This document shows, piece by piece, positions 59,601 through 64,000 of a DNA stretch of 64,000 nucleotides. The notes beneath the pieces were generated by a model that saw nothing but the letters and a program-made list of their open reading frames with translations, was not told the origin of the DNA and searched no databases. This DNA is from a virus. Taxonomy: Duplodnaviria > Caudoviricetes. The stretch lies in IMG/VR virus record IMGVR_UViG_3300047539_000043, positions 6,301-70,300 of that record. The stretch is one strand, 5' to 3'. Numbering within the stretch: the stretch's first letter is position 1; every line of letters begins with the position of its first letter. The position numbers and the translations under genes are program-made.

Positions 59601-60752
59601 TTAAGATTGGTTGAGCGTAAACTTCATGGTCGCCGGCAATACACTGATCGTTACCGTCTCCGCGGGCGGGTTAGGGCCACCTGAATTCACCGATCCAACT
59701 TGTACCTGCCCAGTGGCGCCCGGCGTAAACACGCCGTGTGAGCTCACCTTAAAGGTCTTCGCACCGCGCCAGGAGCTCACCCGCAAATTCCAGCTGCAAG
59801 CCGCGGTCCCGGGCGGCGGCGACGGGCTGGTCATCCAAGGGAATACCCCTATGGCCGCCGACCCATTAACGATTGGGCGAGATGGCGGCCAACCAACACC
59901 CGAAGGATAAGGCGGCGGCCCAACGCTCCCATCGTTTGACGACATATAGTCGACCCAGGCCTGGGCTTCGCCCTGAGTGGTAAACCCGTTTGGATAAGCC
60001 GTAGGCATCCCAGGATAACCCTCGAATATCCCGACGTAGCTGTACATACAACAAATTTGGTCCAATCTAGTGCCGTAATCTGCCACTGCAAAGGGGTTTG
60101 CCGCGGCAACGCGATCGGTAATATAATAGCCCCCGCCAGACAGGTTCTCAGTGATATCCAGGAACGACTGCGTGTTGAAATCTTCTGTCGGGTTTATCGT
60201 GGCGGCTTCCACAAGACTGAAATTATATGGATCGTAGTACCAGAACCAGGTCGGTGTAGGACTCGGTGGCGTACTGGATCCATGTGACGACGTCTTGACC
60301 GTGACCACAAACGGTCCGGAGGGCCCCGTTGTGCCGGATGGACCCAAGGCAGTGTTGAGGTTGCCTATATCAAAAACCGCTACCGTGGCCGCAGCGCTAC
60401 TGGTGGTTTGAATATTTAGATATGCGGGGTTCGGGACTTCCCATACAAATGCTCGGTTCTGCAGGTCCTGGCTCATGGGCATGGGTGGCCCAACGGGCCC
60501 GGTCAGTCCCACCGGTGGGGTCGCAGGAGGCGTACGGAATGCGGCAATCGGGCCTGGCACCAGAGCGCCGGCAGCGGGGCCCCCGGGCGCCGGCCACGAC
60601 ACCGAAAATGCCTCGCCCTCGTACGAGTAATTCTGCGAGCCACACTGCACCGAGGCTTCAACCACAAGGATATTCAGACCAACTGGCCCGGTTGGACCCG
60701 GTTGGACCTTTATGGAAGAAATGGATATCCTTGACCGATGATGTGAAGCCAA
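59601..60752 (-). CDS. hypothetical Pro/Ser/Thr-rich protein, possibly virion-associated
   Basis: 383 aa with GPTGP, LTGPVGP and GTTGPSGP islands. Confidence 0.7.
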   Translation of the reverse strand: MASHHRSRISISSIKVQPGPTGPVGLNILVVEASVQCGSQNYSYEGEAFSVSWPAPGGPAAGALVPGPIAAFRTPPATPPVGLTGPVGPPMPMSQDLQNRAFVWEVPNPAYLNIQTTSSAAATVAVFDIGNLNTALGPSGTTGPSGPFVVTVKTSSHGSSTPPSPTPTWFWYYDPYNFSLVEAATINPTEDFNTQSFLDITENLSGGGYYITDRVAAANPFAVADYGTRLDQICCMYSYVGIFEGYPGMPTAYPNGFTTQGEAQAWVDYMSSNDGSVGPPPYPSGVGWPPSRPIVNGSAAIGVFPWMTSPSPPPGTAACSWNLRVSSWRGAKTFKVSSHGVFTPGATGQVQVGSVNSGGPNPPAETVTISVLPATMKFTLNQS

Positions 60753-60767
60753 ACAGATACGGAGCGG

Positions 60768-61079
60768 TCACGACTTTATCACTTCAAGCCACTCTTCGAA
60801 CGCTGCCGCCTCGTCATCCGACTTGAAACCTTTTTGGTACCAAATTATGCACTCGCGATCTTTATCGTACATGACTACTGTACAGGCGGTAGGATTGATG
60901 AGCCCTTTCTGGATGTCCTTACGAACGTTCCATAGAACCTCATCCACCGTATCAAAATCAACCTCGACGAAGTGGTCCGGTGTCGGCGCCGGTATAGGCC
61001 GTTTCACCACCGGGAATGCGATCACAGTTGCAGGTGGGGGTCTATCAAACCTAGCACGGTCGCCAAATGGCCACTTCAT
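60768..61079 (-). CDS. hypothetical protein
   Basis: 103-aa ORF in the gene run. Confidence 0.65.
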   Translation of the reverse strand: MKWPFGDRARFDRPPPATVIAFPVVKRPIPAPTPDHFVEVDFDTVDEVLWNVRKDIQKGLINPTACTVVMYDKDRECIIWYQKGFKSDDEAAAFEEWLEVIKS

Positions 61080-61219
61080 GCGATACCTGTGGTTGGGGCC
61101 GGCACGTGCTACGTCTTACGGGAGGCGTGCCGGCCCCAGTTCTTCCCGTGACGGCGAGTCAACGTACGCCACGAGAGGTAGACGCCAAATCACTTTGGTA
61201 CTAATGCCTTAACCAATCG

Positions 61220-61363
61220 TCAAATCTTCTCTCCAGTCGGCGGGCCATACAATAGCGCCCGTAGCGCCATCTCTTCCTTCGCCGGATACGTATTAAAGTA
61301 CGCATGCAGTGCGGCGCGCAACTTATTGAGTTCGAGCTGGTGATCTGGTTTAGGTTTACTCAT
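61220..61363 (-). CDS. 47-aa hypothetical protein (not in ORF track)
   Basis: GAGGG SD; MSKPKPDHQLELNKLRAALHAYFNTYP... Confidence 0.55.
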   Translation of the reverse strand: MSKPKPDHQLELNKLRAALHAYFNTYPAKEEMALRALLYGPPTGEKI

Positions 61364-61394
61364 GGAATATCTCTACCCTCTTTTTTGGACGGTG

Positions 61395-61622
61395 TCAATT
61401 CGGATACTCCCAGGTGTTAGGCTCTGTACCGCGCAGATGCCGTACGACCTGGTTGACGTCCTCCCGCACGATGCAGGAGCCACCGCCCGTGTTGATGATC
61501 GTACCGGTCGGATAACCTAGTTGTCCGGCACCCTGTACCAGTGTCACTGCTCCGGGGACAATCCAGCAAGCATGACCATCGAGCCTGGTGAACATGACGA
61601 GGGCGATCAGTAGGACCATCAT
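61395..61622 (-). CDS. FlbD-like small protein
   Basis: FTRLDG..CWI.P.AVTLV....GTIINT.GG..IVREDVNQVV resembles the FlbD pattern LTRLNG...LN...I..I....DTVI...NG...VV.ES.EEV. Confidence 0.55.
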   Translation of the reverse strand: MMVLLIALVMFTRLDGHACWIVPGAVTLVQGAGQLGYPTGTIINTGGGSCIVREDVNQVVRHLRGTEPNTWEYPN

Positions 61623-61624
61623 GG

Positions 61625-61822
61625 TTAAATCCCGAACTTGTCGCGGCGGTTGCCAAGAATAACCCGGAACCGCGGCGTGATGACGTCCCACATCAGGTGG
61701 ATGGCGCGTCCCGTGAACGGTATAGGGAACCGCCAGTGAGCGTACTGAAGTCGCTTGGTCCCGGCGTATAGGAACGGTATGTGCATAGGTGACACGGTAT
61801 ACCCAGGCAGAGAGAAAGTCAA
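61625..61822 (-). CDS. hypothetical protein
   Basis: 65-aa ORF downstream of a strong promoter. Confidence 0.45.
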   Translation of the reverse strand: MTFSLPGYTVSPMHIPFLYAGTKRLQYAHWRFPIPFTGRAIHLMWDVITPRFRVILGNRRDKFGI

Positions 61823-61961
61823 GCGCCGGCCCCGTTTCGGATGTTACTCGTCTGTGGGACAGCCGGCGCTCAGAGCCGACCCATCGTGCGCGCACGAAGA
61901 CAGGCTCCTGTTCCCGACCTATATCTGAGCCTTGTGGCTCTATTGTCCGGGACATAACCAA

Positions 61962-61990
61962 AGCGTACCTCAGGTACGGGAAAATGTCAA
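61962..61990 (-). promoter_or_regulatory. sigma70 promoter with a palindromic operator in the spacer
   Basis: TTGACA-N17-TACGCT; CGTACC-TCA-GGTACG inverted repeat overlaps the spacer and -10. Confidence 0.65.
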
Positions 61991-62316
61991 GAGCCGTCCC
62001 CATCTGCACCTGACGCTGCTCGTCTTCGGCACAAGTCGTGGGGCAAGCCGGGGAAGCAGCAGAAACCCGGCGCCGGCGGGAAGAGGTTAGATCTAATTAC
62101 CTTAACACCGTGTTACCAGAAAGTCAAGAAGGTCTTAAGAGCCGATTTTCTAGGATCGCTGTGTCAGGGACAGTATTATTCTTTGGTGAGGTACCTGGCC
62201 TGTCCAGCATGGTGGTAGGGTCGAACCCTCTCAAGGTAAGATGGTTGTCCAATGGTTAATCGGAATCCCGGTCTAGGAGTTTAATCGGTTTTAACACATT
62301 GAATGTTACAGAGCAG

Positions 62317-62622
62317 TAACACCCCCTAATTGTTCGCACCCTGTACCGGTCTGTAACATTGGTCATCGTTCGCCAATCCTCGCGGCTCAAATAGATTGCT
62401 GTATAGCATATAACACCCCCTGCGACAAATTGTTCGCACCCTGTACCGGTCTGTAACATTGTCATTCGCCAATCATTCGCCAAAATCGCCATTCGCCAAT
62501 CCATTCGCCAATCCATTCGCCAAATCGCGCCCATTCGCCAAAGGCCGGGAGCAACAAGTCTGGCGAATTCTAAGCCTTTGACCGTGTTACCGTAATTACC
62601 GCGTTAACCATTGATTCGCCAA
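62317..62622. repeat. non-coding repeat array: two 34-bp direct repeats and nine (A/G)TTCGCCA units
   Basis: aattgttcgcaccctgtaccggtctgtaacattg at 62328 and 62428. cattcgccaa at 62463, 62474, 62490, 62502, 62514, 62532; variants at 62368 and 62614; one inverted copy at 62561. Confidence 0.9.
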
Positions 62623-62782
62623 GGGTGAAACAGGACACCCCCCCTATACGGCCCGGGACATATACATAGTATAATTTTGGCCTATACCGCGAGATATTCG
62701 GGAGGCGGCGGACCGGCTCTATGCCAAGGTATTCAAGGAACACTCAGACGATATAGAAGCCGAGATAGCCGCTACCATCGCC

Positions 62783-63109
62783 ATGAAGCGACTATTTAAC
62801 GCTCGTATGGCCTCTACGCAGGCAAAAGAAGCAAGGGCAGAAAGCGCCGCCGCCTTTCGCGCTCATGCTATGACCATAGCGGCACCCGCGGCGAAAGATA
62901 AGGTTGCCGACGCCGCGCGCCTAAAAGTAATCGAAGAACGGCGCCTCAAAGGCATTTCGCAAACCGACCTAGCCTTAGGGATAGGTGTCACGGTAGGAAT
63001 GGTTTCGCATTGGGAGACCGGTCACCGCGCGATCCCAATAGAGCGGATAGAGCAAATCGCCGCGCTATTCCAAAAGCCTGTGGCTTATTTTACCGGTACC
63101 ACGGTGTAA
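62783..63109 (+). CDS. XRE-family HTH transcriptional regulator
   Basis: RRLKGISQTDLA..IGVT.GMVSHWETG.R.IP.ERIEQIA..F. Confidence 0.85.
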   Translation: MKRLFNARMASTQAKEARAESAAAFRAHAMTIAAPAAKDKVADAARLKVIEERRLKGISQTDLALGIGVTVGMVSHWETGHRAIPIERIEQIAALFQKPVAYFTGTTV

Positions 63110-63257
63110 CCTAATCGGGGACAATAATGTCCCTGATTACAACCTTATTGTTTAGCGCCTTTTAACCCTCCCAACGTTTAATCCTGGACACATAAACCCG
63201 GCAAGAGTAGAGAAAAGCCACGGCCGGGCAATCCCTGCCCGCCAATAGGAGCACAAA

Positions 63258-63395
63258 ATGGCCCAAAAATTCATTCCCTCGGCCCACTGGTATGAGCCAC
63301 AACAAGGGTTTGAAGTGCGCCTGACCGCGTTAGACCTTGCCACTGATCAGGACCGCGTTATTCGTGATCTCATATGGTTTGTCCTTCGCGTTTGA
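63258..63395 (+). CDS. 45-aa hypothetical early protein (not in ORF track)
   Basis: AGGAG SD; MAQKFIPSAHWYEPQQGFEVRL... Confidence 0.6.
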   Translation: MAQKFIPSAHWYEPQQGFEVRLTALDLATDQDRVIRDLIWFVLRV

Positions 63396-63460
63396 ATTGG
63401 CGACGGTGCGCCCTACATGGGCGCACTATCGGCAATCATGCCACCGACTAGGAGACTAAA

Positions 63461-64000
63461 ATGGCACATGAACTCTCGGCCGTTTCCACTGGCAGTGGAG
63501 CGACTATCGTCTGCATCGGCGATGCATGGCATGGCCTCCAGAATCCTTTCACGGGCGATGAAAAGCAGGATCTGGCGCAAGCCGGTCTCGACTTCGAATG
63601 CATCAAGCTTCCCATCTATGCCTTGCGCCCGGGCGCGGAAGTCGGCAAAATCGCCATCGCGGCCGATGATCTGATCCGCGTTGAAGGCCGCTGGTCAAAC
63701 GCCCGGTCCGATACGCTCGCCTCCCTTGGGATCGCGGCGGACGGTTACAAGGTGCATCAGCCGAGCGACCTGCATGCGATGGTCAAAAAGTACTTTGCCA
63801 GCCTTGAATTGTCGTCGATGGGCAGTTTGAAGGGTGGCAAGGAGATCTGGGTCGCCGCGCGATACCCCGACGCCACGGTCGGAGGCATGAAACATCATCA
63901 ATATGCCCTCCTCACAACGTCGTTTGACACGACCCAAGCTAGCCGCTTGCAGCCGACCAGCACAAACGTTGTCTGCAACAATACCATGCGCGCCGCATGG
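63461..64000 (+). CDS. DUF932/DUF945-family protein (3' partial, not in ORF track)
   Basis: AGGAG SD. MAHEL...AWHGL...AGLDF...YKVHQP...GSLKGGKEIW..A...YALL.TSFD.T.A....PTS..VVCNNT. Confidence 0.85.
   Translation, partial: MAHELSAVSTGSGATIVCIGDAWHGLQNPFTGDEKQDLAQAGLDFECIKLPIYALRPGAEVGKIAIAADDLIRVEGRWSNARSDTLASLGIAADGYKVHQPSDLHAMVKKYFASLELSSMGSLKGGKEIWVAARYPDATVGGMKHHQYALLTTSFDTTQASRLQPTSTNVVCNNTMRAAW

Noticed and set aside
62463-62541. Possible CRISPR array
   Set aside because: Repeats are only 10 bp with 1-8 nt spacers, and no cas genes are present (the PD-(D/E)XK gene is a routine phage exonuclease).

Overview
The window is a large part of a tailed dsDNA phage genome with podovirus-like gene content, most likely infecting an alphaproteobacterium. 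The host inference rests on CtrA-type boxes, a CtrA-like winged-helix gene, DUF3309-like genes and GC estimated by eye at about 60%. Layout: (i) 1-11.9 kb (+), replication/recombination: family A DNA polymerase (5' partial), HNH-DUF4406 fusion, dNTP diphosphohydrolase, PD-(D/E)XK nuclease, VRR-NUC, SNF2 helicase, HNH, SSB-like protein, primase-DUF927 helicase. (ii) 12-54.4 kb (-), virion genes: ejection/internal proteins, tail protein, lysis cassette, Gly-Pro-Thr collagen-like fibres, adaptors, major capsid, scaffold, a ~10-kb glycosyltransferase/methyltransferase/sulfotransferase island and portal. (iii) 54.5-57.2 kb (+): terS, exonuclease, terL. (iv) 57.2-62 kb (-): small membrane proteins, holin-like gene, CtrA-like regulator. 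(v) A non-coding repeat array at 62.3-62.6 kb, then early genes (XRE HTH, DUF932). No integrase, tRNA, rRNA or CRISPR array was recognised. Strongest candidate novel systems: (1) an endoVII-type homing endonuclease plus a 44-nt hairpin that interrupts the 5' end of a tail gene with stops in all three frames, resembling the T4 gene 60 bypass cassette; (2) a receiver-less CtrA-like DNA-binding protein with TTAA-N7-TTAA boxes in front of late operons; (3) a probable virion glycosylation/sulfation island next to GPT-repeat fibre genes; (4) a secreted-protein gene bracketed by perfect 22-bp inverted repeats. All family assignments come from motif recognition by eye; no database searches were run.
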